Shown here piece after piece: positions 51,961-64,000 of a stretch of DNA of 64,000 bases. The first letter of the stretch is position 1, and every line of letters begins with the position of its first letter. Source of the stretch: Octopus bimaculoides (taxonomy: Eukaryota). Under the pieces are notes generated by a model. The model was not told where the DNA came from. It was given only the letters and a program-made list of their open reading frames with translations, and ran no database searches. Position numbers and translations under genes: made by a program. Where the stretch lies: positions 54,888,099 through 54,952,098 of the forward strand of contig NC_068997.1 in the NCBI RefSeq assembly GCF_001194135.2, written 5' to 3'.

Positions 51961-53164
51961 TATTATTATTTAGTCACTAACTTTTTCTTGATCCAAAATA
52001 TGGCCATCATATCAGCCTTTTCTGCCATGTGGACTCATTCTTGAATCATTTAAAGCAGTAGGACTTACCAATTTCTTTTCATGCCTGGAAAATTTGTTAG
52101 GATACTCTCGGTTGTTATCATTCTTATAATGTTTTAACCAGTTAAAGTTAAATAACAGAACATTCATTCCATTTAAAAGGAAGCAACAGCAATGGCTACA
52201 GTCGTTCAGTTTAATCACTCTGCAACCAAAGATTCAATGAAGGGATTTAGTGCAGTTTAAATGTTGGTTCAGTGTCAGTCTCTCTGACATGGCTGCTACA
52301 CCTATTGTGCATCTGATTATACATGGGTTTACTCTCACAGACACTTCAGGCTAATCTGAAACAACGTTCACCCCCACCACCACTCTCCACTCTCACTCTT
52401 TCTAAATCTTATTCTCAATATCTAAGTAGCTTTGTTCACTTCTGTCTGTACAATATACCATGTAATATTTGACACACAACGATATGATGTAATATTTCCA
52501 GAGAGAACTCACCAGTAAACTAATCTTTATTTCTAACATTTTCATAGAAAGTTTTTAGTTGCATAGTTAAACATCTAACAAGAAGACAAACCAGCCATTT
52601 ACTTCCATTTCCCAGTCGTAATCATTCTACTTCCATTACGAATACTTTTGTAAAACGAATACACGTCACGTAATTGCATCCAATCCTCGCTTGCAAATCC
52701 TAAGTCTCGTATTTATAAACAAAATTAATAACGCAAATAAATGCTTTTACTCAAAGCAAGAAATCTTAAAGGTCAAAGGAAGTTACAATTTTACCGTACA
52801 AAGCTACTGATGTTCTAGAAAAACAAGACAAAAGCAGCTTGGAATACTTAGATTGAAGTGGGGGCCAGGAAATGTTTAAGCCTATCAATTATATTCTCAG
52901 CAATTAGATTGTAACATATCTGAGGTGTGTTCAACATCACTGCTTTATTTAGGTATTGGAATTGGTACATATTTAATGGATTTAGGAAATGAATTTAAAA
53001 TGATATAGGAAGTTGGAATCAAAATTTGGCCTTTTACATGTATTGCTTCTACTGTTCATACGAACATATATACACGTACATACATACATACACACACATA
53101 TATTCAAACATAATTTGTTTTTGCATCCATTTTTTCCATGTTAGCATGGGTTAGATGAATATAT

Positions 53165-53378
53165 TCTTTTCTACTCTAGGCACAAGGCCCAAAAGTTTTG
53201 GGGAGGGGGGGGGCAATCAGTTTCATCAACCACAGTATGCAACTGGTACGTAATTTCTCAACCCTGAAACGATGAAAGGCAAAGTTGACTTCAGCGGAAT
53301 TTGAACTCAGAACATAAAGACAGACGAAATTCCGCAAAGCATTTTGCCTGGCATGTTAATATTTCTGTCAGTTCCCCT
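53165..53378 (-). mobile_element. Full-length SINE family C
   Basis: ttctactctaggcacaaggccc...gaaaggcaaagttgacttcagcggaatttgaactcagaac...aagcattttgcctggcatg is homologous to 56320-56536. Confidence 0.85.
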
Positions 53379-54504
53379 GAATATATTATTGATGCATTGT
53401 TTTACAGTTGGATGCTCTTCCTGTTGCTAATGCTTACCAGTTTTTCAAGTCAGAGATCTCTTATTGCACATGTGTTTGAAAGCAGACAATTTGACAGGAA
53501 TTTGACACCATACTTCACTGTTTGTAACTCAACAGTTTTTCATTCAAACTACACAGATTGTGTGCTTTAATTTGCTTGGGTGGATTTTCGGAACAGATGG
53601 TGGGAGGTTAATATGGAGAATGAAATGCATATTCAAATAGGTGTTTCTGTTTAAAGTTTCTCAACGTGTGTATTTCTATATAATTCTCTACAATATATCA
53701 TATTTTGTATTATTTTGTGAATTTAATTACTTATATATTTTAGTGTCTGTTGGTATGTATGGTTGTATGTGTGTGCATTTGTGTGTTTGTGTTAATTTAT
53801 TTATTAGTGCAAACTTTTAGAAACTATAATGGCATATCAACTTAGTGACTGAAAATTAAAATTAAGTTTCTTTAGATATATATATCATATGATGTGTATG
53901 TATATGTAGATATATGTATTTACGTTTATATACATATAATTATTTATTTATATTTTATGTATATATATGTGTGTGTGTGTGTGTGTGTATGTAAGAACTG
54001 TATATTTCCATTTCATATACACTTATATTTGTTTATTTTTATGGGTTAAATTCAATGGAAAATACTTGAAATAGATATTAATATAAGTTGTGATATTTTT
54101 TACTTCTTATATTTCATTGCATTTTAATATACAAAATGTAAGTTTGTGACTGCATACATGTGTGCATGCACGTGTATGTGTGTGTGTGTCAATTTCTATG
54201 TAATATACTAACATGAGGACATAAAAATATAAAATAGAATCCATCTTGTTATTTATAGTTTTATGTATTCTAATGCACTCTAACAGCAAGCAGAAATATA
54301 TTACATACACAAACACTCACATGGTAAATACAAGAATATGATAAAAGTTTGTCCCCACTCCCTCTCTCCCCAAGCATTATATTCAAACAGTTCTGTGGAT
54401 TCCACCACCACCACTACCATATTTTGGTAAAAGCTATACTTTACGGTTGTAGTTGTTCCAACATTGACTGCTGTCAGAAGATTGAAAACTCAGAAACATG
54501 ATCC

Positions 54505-54600
54505 GAGGAGTAACAGTAGAAGACACATGTCCTAGGTGCCAACACAGTGGGACTGAACCCAGAACCATGTGGTTAGTAAGCAAGCTGCTTACCCCAAACA
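54505..54600 (-). mobile_element. SINE family A head fragment
   Basis: cagtgggactgaacccagaaccatgtggttagtaagcaagctgcttacc. Confidence 0.7.
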
Positions 54601-56169
54601 CACACACGTGTGTATATGCATGTTACAGAGTCTCTGTTGGTCCGAGTTTGATTTGGCATCTGCCCATGAATATGCTGGGTATGGTTCTTTGAGGAGGACT
54701 TGGCCAAGTAAAGCATTTCAGCCACAGGCAGAGCATATCTGGGAATACATTATCAACTATATCCTTTTTAAGATCATTATGCACGACTTGAGGGAAATTT
54801 GATGTTATTTCTATTTCCTTCATTAACTCATATATTGCTGGTAACTTGATTTCACCTACAATTTCTTCTATTATCTCAGTTAAATGATGTTAGGCAGGAA
54901 GAATGAAGTGTCTTGCTGGAGACACATTATGTACAGAAATTCTGAGATGAACTGGTGCCAAGTCCACTTCTGTCAAGTGACATAAAGGATGATGTGGAAT
55001 GGAAATCTCCCAGATGAAATAAATAGGAGCACATAGAAAAACATTACAAAGTTATACACACACACACACGCACTTACACATACACAGAAATAGTTAGGTA
55101 AATACTGGAGATTGATTACACACACACACACACACACTCATATATGCTACAGAATGCATTATATGTCAATGTATTGTAATTCATTATAAGAGGTAAAATT
55201 AATAACAGAAAGTAATTATATGTAAACAGAATATAAGCATTATATTCACAAAAGAAAATTACATTTATTCTTATTTATTATTATAGACATAGAAATGTAA
55301 TGTCGTTATGATGGCCAGCTTGCTTTGCTCTTCTCTAATGAAGCAAAGCTATGTTACAGAGATGGCTATTCAAAAGGTTGGCACACATATTCAGTGCACA
55401 ATGTAGAAGTTCTCCCTCGCTCTCACTCACCCACTCAATGTATTTAATTCATTATGGTGTGTGAATGGGTGTGTAGAAATGTATGTGTGTATGTTTATGT
55501 ATGAATATGTATATATACACACATACAAACATGGTTATACTCAATATTATGATGACTTCCATCACATATGCATATTCAAAAGTATATATGTGTAAATGTA
55601 TATATCTATGCATCTGTGTGTGTGTGCATGTACACACTTATATGTGTTGTGTGTGTTTTTGTTGCATTATATAAGCCAACAAGAATCAAGAGAACTCAAT
55701 TTACATGGAAGAATAATACGAGCGTAGATGTACAGCTTGCTATCAGTTTTGTGCTTGAACTAGACTCTGTCTAGGGTCTTAGAACCTGTACAAGTTTACC
55801 TTTGAATAATCTTCAGATATGATTGAAAGCAAAAATGGTTATCCAATGTAATCCCAAAATAAAAACCGGAAAAAAAGTGCATGACAAGTGAAATGAAACA
55901 AGAACAAAGAAAAGAGGTAAAATATTGATATATGAATGGATGAGGGTTATTTTAGACAAATGTTTTACAACTCTATGTCATCTTTCAAAAAAAAACAGGC
56001 AAGCGAACATCTGTGGCATTGGTAAGTCATGTATGATGTCGGAAAGATAGAAATGGAGAATGGTAAAGAAATCAAAGAGAAGTTGGAAGTTTTATAAGCT
56101 GAAAAACATCTACAGACAATCCACACTTCTAACTCTAAACTATCTCAAGTAATACTCAGATATTTCCCT

Positions 56170-57010
56170 CACAACATGAGTTGCACTCAGCTAGAAGCTT
56201 TCAACTTACTCCACATCCTGGGACTCACTATGACTGAATCTTTCTTGCAAAAGCTTACTGTTATCATTGGCAGGATTGCATTCCAAGTCCATCTGACCTT
56301 CTTTAGTGCCAGAATATATTCTTTTCTACTCTAGGCACAAGGCCTGAAATTTTGTGGGAGGGGGCAGTTGATTAGCTCGATCCTAGTATACAACTGGTAC
56401 TTAATTTATTGACCCCGAAAAATGAAAGGCAAAGTTAACCTCAGCAGAATTTGAACTCATAATGTAGTGGCAGACGAAATACCACTAAGCATTTTGCCCG
56501 GCATGCTAACGTTTCTGCCAGCTTGCTGCCCTAAGGGCCAGAATATATCACTCTCCAAGGTTTAAGTGAGGCCCATACTGGAGTCCTTCCACTCACATCT
56601 GGGATGCTATTGCCGCTATGCAAACCAAAATGCTGGGGTGTATCAAGAAAAGGGCCTCTTGGATGTTTGGAACTTCATCATTAATAGACACACACCAACC
56701 ATTCATCCACAAGCATGCTGTTTCTCCTCCCTGTCATTTCTATTGTGCTACTCTAATGGCCTGTGTTCCTCAAAGTTGGTTGATTTTCTACTTCCAGCAC
56801 TTAAGCACCTCTGACCCGCTGGTCTGTCCACCTCTTGTTACTCTGATGTGTAAATACTCTTCATTCCTGCCAACCTGGCACTATCCCCCCCAGTTGTCTC
56901 TCTCTCTCCAGAAAACCAGGCAGTTTGGATCTTTTCCTTACTGCCGTTGGCCTGCAGCATTTTAAATAAAACATTAATGGTAACAGTCTTGTAGGTCTCA
57001 GAGGGTCTGT
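56170..57010 (+). mobile_element. CR1/L2-superfamily LINE RT C-terminal fragment, interrupted by a SINE
   Basis: Composite frames give LHILGLTMTES...FSARIY | VRPILE(S)..SHIWDAIAA...CIKKRA...SSLSFLLCYSNGLCSSKL...LQHFK. These match the L2/Crack/Daphne-type motifs ILGVT, RPxLEYxSHIW, SLFYRYYxGxCSSEL and DLQxFK. Confidence 0.75.
56320..56536 (-). mobile_element. Full-length SINE family C with 12-bp TSD
   Basis: GCCAGAATATAT occurs at 56308-56319 and 56537-56548. The reverse complement begins with a tRNA-like head (agggcagcaagctggcagaaacgttagc) and contains a gagttcaaattc B-box. Confidence 0.9.
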
Positions 57011-57989
57011 AACGATCATGAGTGCTGCCTTTCCCTCCAGATTCAGCAAGTAAAAAGAAAAAGAAGTACTGAATGCTAATGTAGTCATCACTGCCACCAT
57101 CACCACCGCCTCCACCACCACTACCATCATCATCATCATCATCAATTTACTAGAGGTCATTATGCCATCTCATTTCCTTATTTAAAGGGAAAACACTTAC
57201 ATTTCTTGACTTCCTGAAATGTTAATGGAAACACATTTGAAGAAATGTTATTTCTTGCTACTATCAGGTAATAACTGTTGCCATCTATTATTATGGTCTT
57301 TTTAAAAGAATCACTTTGTAACAAAGAACGTTTCTACTATTTTGTTCAGTATGGTAACTTATATCGATGTTCAAATAGTGCTTTCTGTATCATAGCTTTA
57401 TTTCCTACATGTAGCAGTGTTTGTAGTTTTTGATCATGTAGACCTAAAGTGAGTCAGCAGTTTGTTGAATGGTGATAACTCCAAGTCCAGTAAACTGCAC
57501 TATCAAACTTTTGTTTGACTATAATATAAGTTTCTATATTTCTATATATATAAGTCGGCAGCCTACAAGCTGACAAAACCTGGACACAAGTTCCAATACA
57601 TTATATGTAATTATATTTGTCTCAGTTTACCTAACAAGAGAACATTTTCAAAGTTTTATGGTAAGTTATCTGAGTTTGGCTAACATTCTAGCCATGTGGT
57701 GATTTATCTGTCACCAATTTAACATTAAAGAGACCAAAATCAATACAGGTCTTATGAAGAATATAGGTTTGTGAATATATTCAATTGAATAAATACAGAC
57801 CTCTCTGCGTTCTTGTAATTGAAAGTCGAGGTGACTACAGTTCTGACAGCAGAGTTATCTAACAATGATTATTGCAGAAATGTCTTGCATATTACTGTGA
57901 GGAAAATATTGGACATTCCAAACATAAAGTATGCATTAAATTGAATTTTTTAAATGCACATTTTTATACATACTTACACTCTGTGTAAA

Positions 57990-58227
57990 CATGCGCACAG
58001 ACTTTGTTGTGTGGTTTGGGGTTTGGGGTTCAGTCTTACTACTTGGTGCCTTGGGCAAGTTTCTTCTGCTATACAACCAAACTGACCAAACCCTCGTGAT
58101 GGGACTTGGTAGACAGAAACTGAAAGAAGCTCATCTTGTGTGTGTATCTTAACATCACATGATAGCTATAAACAGTTTCACTGTCATAAAAGCAATGTGT
58201 GTCCATGTCTTCTTGCTTTGACGTCAC
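57990..58227 (+). mobile_element. Decayed SINE family A
   Basis: ggggttcagtcttactacttggtgccttgggcaagt...ggtagacagaaactgaaagaagc. Confidence 0.65.
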
Positions 58228-58325
58228 ATGCTGATTATGCTGATTATGCTGATTATGCTGATTATGCTGATTATGCTGATTATGCTGATTATACTGATTA
58301 TGCTGATTATGCTGATTATACTGAT
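58228..58325. repeat. 9-bp minisatellite (ATGCTGATT)n, about 11 units
   Basis: Seen directly; two units carry a G>A change (ATACTGATT). Confidence 0.95.
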
Positions 58326-58627
58326 CTGCAGTAATGTGTTGTATGATATGTTTTGCGAGTTCTAATTAGCTATTGATATAAAATACTGTAGTCTGTGAGT
58401 GAAAGTGTACAGTTGTTGAATTGCATAACCTTAAGCTCAGAAACTTACATATGAGGCGTCACTGTGAGATTATAAGTTTGCTACCCAACTACATTGCTTC
58501 AGGGTCAGCCGCACAGTGTAGTGGTATTGTGAGCAAGTGTTTTTTACTGGAGTCTCTGGCCAACCAAGCCTTGAGTACAATGGGTTGTGTTAACATGGTA
58601 CCAGCAAGGTTTGTGTGGAACAGTTAT

Positions 58628-58685
58628 CGCTCTCTCTCTCTCTCTCTCTCTCTCGCTCTCTCTCGCTCTCTCTCTCTCTCTCTCG

Positions 58686-58764
<79 letters not shown>

Positions 58765-58765
58765 C
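58628..58765. repeat. (TC)n with GC interruptions followed by (TA)n
   Basis: Seen directly; source of the SLSL ORFs. Confidence 0.95.
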
Positions 58766-60260
58766 TCACATACACTTATATGAATGTGTATGTCAGTAAA
58801 TATATATATATATGTGCATGCACCTCTGAAATGAAGATTTCTCTAAGTGCAGCTTACACCTTATCAGACCTTATCTAGTTAATATAACCACATCTCCTTA
58901 TGTTACTGATCCACAGAAAGGAACAATTAGAAAAAAAGATGTCTCTCATTTTATAAATATACTACCTTGATTCTTGTTATTCTTTCATCTGAAGCTCTGT
59001 GTATGTGTCTATATGTACACACTTACATGCTTACATATATGTATTTTACCGTATTTGTTCCTGCTTCTAACGCGTACATACAGATATTTGTGTATATTGT
59101 GAGATTGTGCCTTTCTGTGACTTACCTAACACATTCAGACACAGGGATATTTCCAGTTTACAGTATCCAATTTGTTTATCATGTTGTAAAAGACAACACA
59201 CAGACACATGTAGCAGTACACAGATCTGCAGACATGCACATTCACACCAACAGACATTGCAATCAATGAAACACAAACAAAACAAACATATAATTGTAGT
59301 CTGTTGCTCTTAATTTGACTGCAAGTGAAGTTAAATGAGAATGTAGTCAAGCAAGAAATTGAATAAAAATTCTATTATGATTTGAATATCATTTTCTTCT
59401 TTCTTTTTTTTTCGACAGCACAAATCTTTAATTGGAATTTAGTTTTCGACCATTTTATACCGTGTTAACTATCATGATTTGCTTTGAAATTTAAAATGAA
59501 ATTCAATTAGTGAAAGAAACACTTTGGTCATATATATATATATATATATATATATAGGTGAGAAAATATATATGTATGTATGTATAGATAGATAGATGGA
59601 CAGACAGATAGATAGACAGAGAGACAGATATATATGTTCTAATTATTTTTATGGATAAGTTGCAGACAAACATTTATACATGTGTACTTGTGCCTCTCTT
59701 TCTCCCCCCTCTCTCTCTCTCTCTCTCTCTTTCATATATATATATATGTGTGTATGTATATCACATATGTGTAGAAATACATATCATTTCCAAAGCCCCT
59801 ACCCTCGAAACAACACTGAGAAATATGCAGGATATTCACAACCATTAAAGCAATTGATATCAATATAATAATGAATGGTAAGAAATCTCTCCTGTTCATT
59901 ATTAGCTCATTTTGAATGAAGAAAGGTGATAACATTTTTGATGCCTGTGTGACAAGTGAGACTGAAGCTAAGGTTGGTGGCATTTGTACAATTTTGTTAC
60001 ACAAAAATACCTTCAGCTGCATACATATAAAATTGTGTATAAACTGCTACAACCTGGGCAATATTAGGAAAAAAGCTGATGAAAACATTTTGGTGACTAA
60101 AATGAAAAACACCATCATAACTAATCTACACTTCTGCAGTATTTTACGCTCTTCATTTGATTTTCACATTATAAGTAAGTACTGTTTTTTTTTTTGTAGA
60201 GAATTAAATGATAGCATACAATATACATATATTTATTTATATGTGTATATATGTGCACGA

Positions 60261-60550
60261 AGTGTGGCACCTTAGCATGTATCTCCTACTGCTGGATGAA
60301 CAAAACTTTGTCAGGGATTTGGTTGATGGAAACTGATAGAAGCTTGTTGTGTGTGCATAGCTCCTTGTCTTGATTGGAAGCCCTCACTTCCAGTCTTCCA
60401 TAAAAACTTGTCCAGCTATGTGGAAATATTACCCTCCTGCGAAATGGGTGTGAGTTTGTGACAGGAAAGCATCTAGCTGCAGAAAATGTTCTACAGGGAA
60501 TTCTGTCTAATCCATGCAAGTTTGGAAAAAGAAGACATCGAAACAATGAT
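60261..60550 (+). mobile_element. Decayed SINE family A with RTE-type tail
   Basis: gtgtggcacctt...gatggaaactgatagaagc...acaggaaagcatctagctgcagaaaat...ccatgcaagtttggaaaa...aaacaatgat parallels 38205-38630. Confidence 0.65.
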
Positions 60551-62864
60551 ACAAAGTTCTGAACCAGCTTCTATGGAATTTAATTACAACTAAGTACAAT
60601 TATGAGAGAAATTCAAAGCCCAATAATATATAATAAGTGTTTTAGTCCTCCACCATACCTCTAATTTCAGGTAACTTCTGTTCTAATGAAAAATTAAATG
60701 AATACCTATATATGAAGAGAATTCTCACCATCTCCCTTTCAATCATAAAAAAAAAACAAAAAAAAAACATTGTCAGCAACTTTTCCAAGATAGTATTGAT
60801 TATATTCTCTCGAAAAAATAAAAAAAGTTGATTTGCACAAATTATAACGAGGTGTTGAGCAAAAGTGGATTTAAAAGAGAAACTGAAGTGGTTTCATGAA
60901 TGAAATCCAGAAAATAATAAAACCAGAAAAAGAAAATCCATCTGGCTTAATCTGCCCTTTAGCATGAATGTAATAAAGAATATAACTAAAAACCTGATAG
61001 CAATGATGCAAAAATAAAAAATAAATAAAATAAACCTTTTTTTTCTTAACCGCAAGCTTTTTAATAAAATCAAAATAAAACTCAGCAACAGGCATTTCGA
61101 AAACATTGCCACTGTTGTAGTTTGATGTGATTGTTTTAATTATACAGTTGTGAACAAGACAGACCAACCCCAAAAATGTAACACAACACTCTGTACACAG
61201 TCAGTGGAATAAGGTCAAGGGCCTCTGAAAGGTTTTAGAGTGCAATGTATTATTCAAAGATGGTACTTAAAAGATTGATGTCAGAATCAAAGAAATCAAA
61301 AAAGGTATCTAAAAGAATTTAAATGTAAAAGGAAAAAAAATATGTCTAACTTTCCCATTGTATTTACATATTAATTATATTAAACATGGAAACTGTTGTA
61401 ATTTATGCAAAGAACAGTTTAATCTATAAGAAACTACTAGAAATTTCAAGGATGATGGTAATAACGAGAAGAAAAGATGTTTGTTTTGGCACAAGGTCAC
61501 AATTTGGTGGAGAAGCCACTGGTGCATGAACCTCAGTTTCAAGACTTGTAAAGCTACAAATTATCTGGATCTCTGTGATAATCAAAACTGGGAGTACAAG
61601 AATTTCCACTGAATAGGATTTTAATGCATCACAGGGTTAACTCCTTCCATTGGTTCTTATTTCTGGCAGAGTAGTCTGAGCGATATGAAATAAAAACACT
61701 TGCACCACCTGGCTTGAGGGTTGTACTCATAACCTGACAATTACGGACCCAGCTCCTTAACCATTAAACCCCGTGTATAAAGCAATAGCTGAAAAGACAC
61801 TTGTCTTTTCATTGTGTCTTTTTTTTTTTATTCTCTCTCAAATCAGTTCTGAATTATTGCAGTTTTCCCCAGTTTCCTCCAGTTTTATCAACTCATCTGA
61901 TGTTACAAAACTTCTTTTTGATTTTTTTTTTTTCTTAATTCCCTGTGAATTGTAATCAAAATAATATTAGCAATCATGATGAAAAGTGAAACTATCATAG
62001 ACTACAGTCACCTTAACTGTGATGTTTCATGCATTGTAGAAATTAATAAAATAAAATCTATTCCTATATCAACATTCAATATTGAAACAATATCTAGAGT
62101 GTAACTATTGTCTGACATTAAGAAAGGAAGCTGACTGATATATATGTGACTGACTGGTGAAGTCTTTGAAAAGTCTCCATGGCTAGCTGAATCGATATTG
62201 TGCAATCAAATATTTTCATATCTGTTTTGGAATTTGAGTTTGTTGTGTGTTGGAAAGTTATATAATTGTAACGTAAAGAAATATATCAAATACTTCCATG
62301 TAAGTGATAATATCCATCAATGGATTTTCTCATAGAACACGTTATCACGTTAACATGTGTGATAACAGTAGAACATGTAACAACATTAACGTGTGATAAC
62401 AGTATGAGGTAGTGTTGGAGTAAACTAGAAATGTTTGTCTAATTAATCCACTAATGACTCCAGTGGAGGACAGAATTTGTAGAGGGACCCCTTATAGTAT
62501 TTAATTACATTCTCATTTATATTAAATTTAAGGCTGATGGGAGAAGTGGCCACCTGTTTTGTTCATCCTTCCTGGGTTAATAATATTATATACCAGTCAT
62601 ATTCTGAGGTTGATTTAATCACCTACACCCAACAACACTCCTTCACCAAAAATATGTCAATATCAAAAATGTTTATTTTGAGTTAAAATGTTTCATTTTG
62701 AATTCAAATTGTGCTGAGGTTGATGAAATCTGTGTGGGTCAAATTGATGAACTATATCTCTCCCTGAAATGTGTGCTGTATATGTAAGGCCTTAGCGTTC
62801 ATTAAAACCATACCTTGCCACTGAATCTGTTGTCCTGTGCCTCTGGAAATATTTTTATCACTGA

Positions 62865-63030
62865 GGATTTAGGCTGGCAGATTAACTGAAGTATTAGAGT
62901 ATTGGACAAAATGTGGTGCAACATCCTTGTGAGTTCAAATACTGCCAAAGACGACATGTCTCTCACTCCCTTGGGATCAATAAAATAAAGTACCAGTCAA
63001 GGACTAGAGTCAATTTGATGAACCCCTTGC
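62865..63030 (+). mobile_element. Decayed SINE family C
   Basis: ggctggcag...gagttcaaatactgcc...ataaagtaccagtcaag. Confidence 0.6.
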
Positions 63031-63066
63031 TCTAAAATATCTCTATGAGATAATGCAAACATATGA

Positions 63067-63413
63067 TAAGAAGTTTGCTTTCCAGCCACATGGTCTTGGG
63101 TTCAATCACACTTCATGTTACCATGGGCAAGTGACTTCTATTATAGGCTGACCAAAGCCTTGTGAGTAGATAGAAACTGATTCTGCATATGTGTGTGTAT
63201 CTTCTTTCTGTGTTTGTCTCCCACCACTGCTTGACAACCTGTGTTAGTTTTTTTACACCTCATAACAAAGCAGTTCAGCAAAAGAGATTGATAGAATAAA
63301 TACTAGGTTTTAAAGAAAAGTATCGGGGTCAATTCCTTTGACTAAAAATTCTTTAAGGGTGGTGCTCCAGCATGGCTGCAGTCTCATGACTGAAACAAGT
63401 AAAAGATAAAAGA
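63067..63413 (+). mobile_element. Near full-length SINE family A
   Basis: taagaagtttgctttccagccacatggtcttgggttcaatcac...gcagttcagcaaaagag...gtgctccagcatggctgcag...gactgaaacaagtaaaagataaaaga. Confidence 0.85.
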
Positions 63414-64000
63414 AGTGAAAAACAAAATAGATGTATATCTCAGGAATTGAACCGGATTCCCTTTGGTTCAAAGATAAATGCTTTGCTTATGTCTGAAATG
63501 AAGTCGCAAAGCTGTTGTAGTCACTGATTTAGTGAAAGCATTAAATTGTGAAGCTGTCCACGTTAACAGCAACATAAGCCACCAACTGTGACGGATGTCA
63601 AGCAGAAAATTAACACCAAACACTGACAGACAGCAGAATGTGTGACATATGTGAATGATGTACAGGTATTTATGGATCTGTGTATTTGCATTACTGGAGA
63701 GCAATAAGCTAACATGATTTATTAGAGTTCAAATGTCAGGTATAATTTACCCTTAAGGACTTAAGGGTAATTTATAAGATGAATCACAGTGGAATTCAAA
63801 TTTGTTTCAGTGACATAACTGAATAGAACTTAACTAGAATGTTGGGAGAACATGACACAATCATCACTAGCATCAACAGTATCATTAGTTATGCCTTCCC
63901 AATCAGTAACTAATCTATCCTAATATCAACAGACTTAAATCAACTTAGGATATCATCTACTTTTACATAGGTTTCTATCAAAATTCATCATCTCGCATGC

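Noticed and set aside
62405-62425. let-7-like TGAGGTAGT (and miR-1-like TGGAATGTA near 6462)
   Set aside because: Only 8-9 nt match and there is no precursor hairpin.
62814-62842. 29-nt minus-strand exon-like segment (tttccag|...aag|gtatgg) that could join 7259 in phase as QIQWQG-EWSPC
   Set aside because: The Trp spacing (W-3x-W) does not fit the family motif and there is no other support; such splice-site pairs arise by chance in 60 kb.
63468-63704. 78-aa minus ORF containing a signal-peptide-like WWLMLLLTWTAS
   Set aside because: It ends in a stop with no convincing phase-compatible donor.

Overview
AT-rich eukaryotic genomic DNA, packed with microsatellites, from a gapped short-read assembly. 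The tRNA-derived SINEs, RTE LINE tails and TA/CA tracts look like a coleoid cephalopod (Octopus-like); this is inferred from repeat style only. The only securely supported host coding sequence is one 676-nt minus-strand exon (7259-6584). It encodes the N-terminal tandem TSP1 domains of a THSD7A/THSD7B-like protein and has canonical splice sites. The rest is very probably intronic or upstream sequence of that gene. It contains three SINE head families with interchangeable tails; remnants of RTE, CR1/L2-type, R4/Dong-type and Penelope-like retroelements; and hAT, mariner and piggyBac-like non-autonomous DNA elements. Almost all long ORFs in the supplied track are microsatellite or N-gap artefacts. 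No CRISPR array, rRNA, functional tRNA or prokaryotic system is supported. The most interesting unexplained signals are: a covarying stem-loop array in the RTE 3' UTR; inverted SINEs bracketing the coding exon; a candidate 23-nt upstream micro-exon with nearby promoter-like, CpG-enriched patches; and a decayed hammerhead-like motif.
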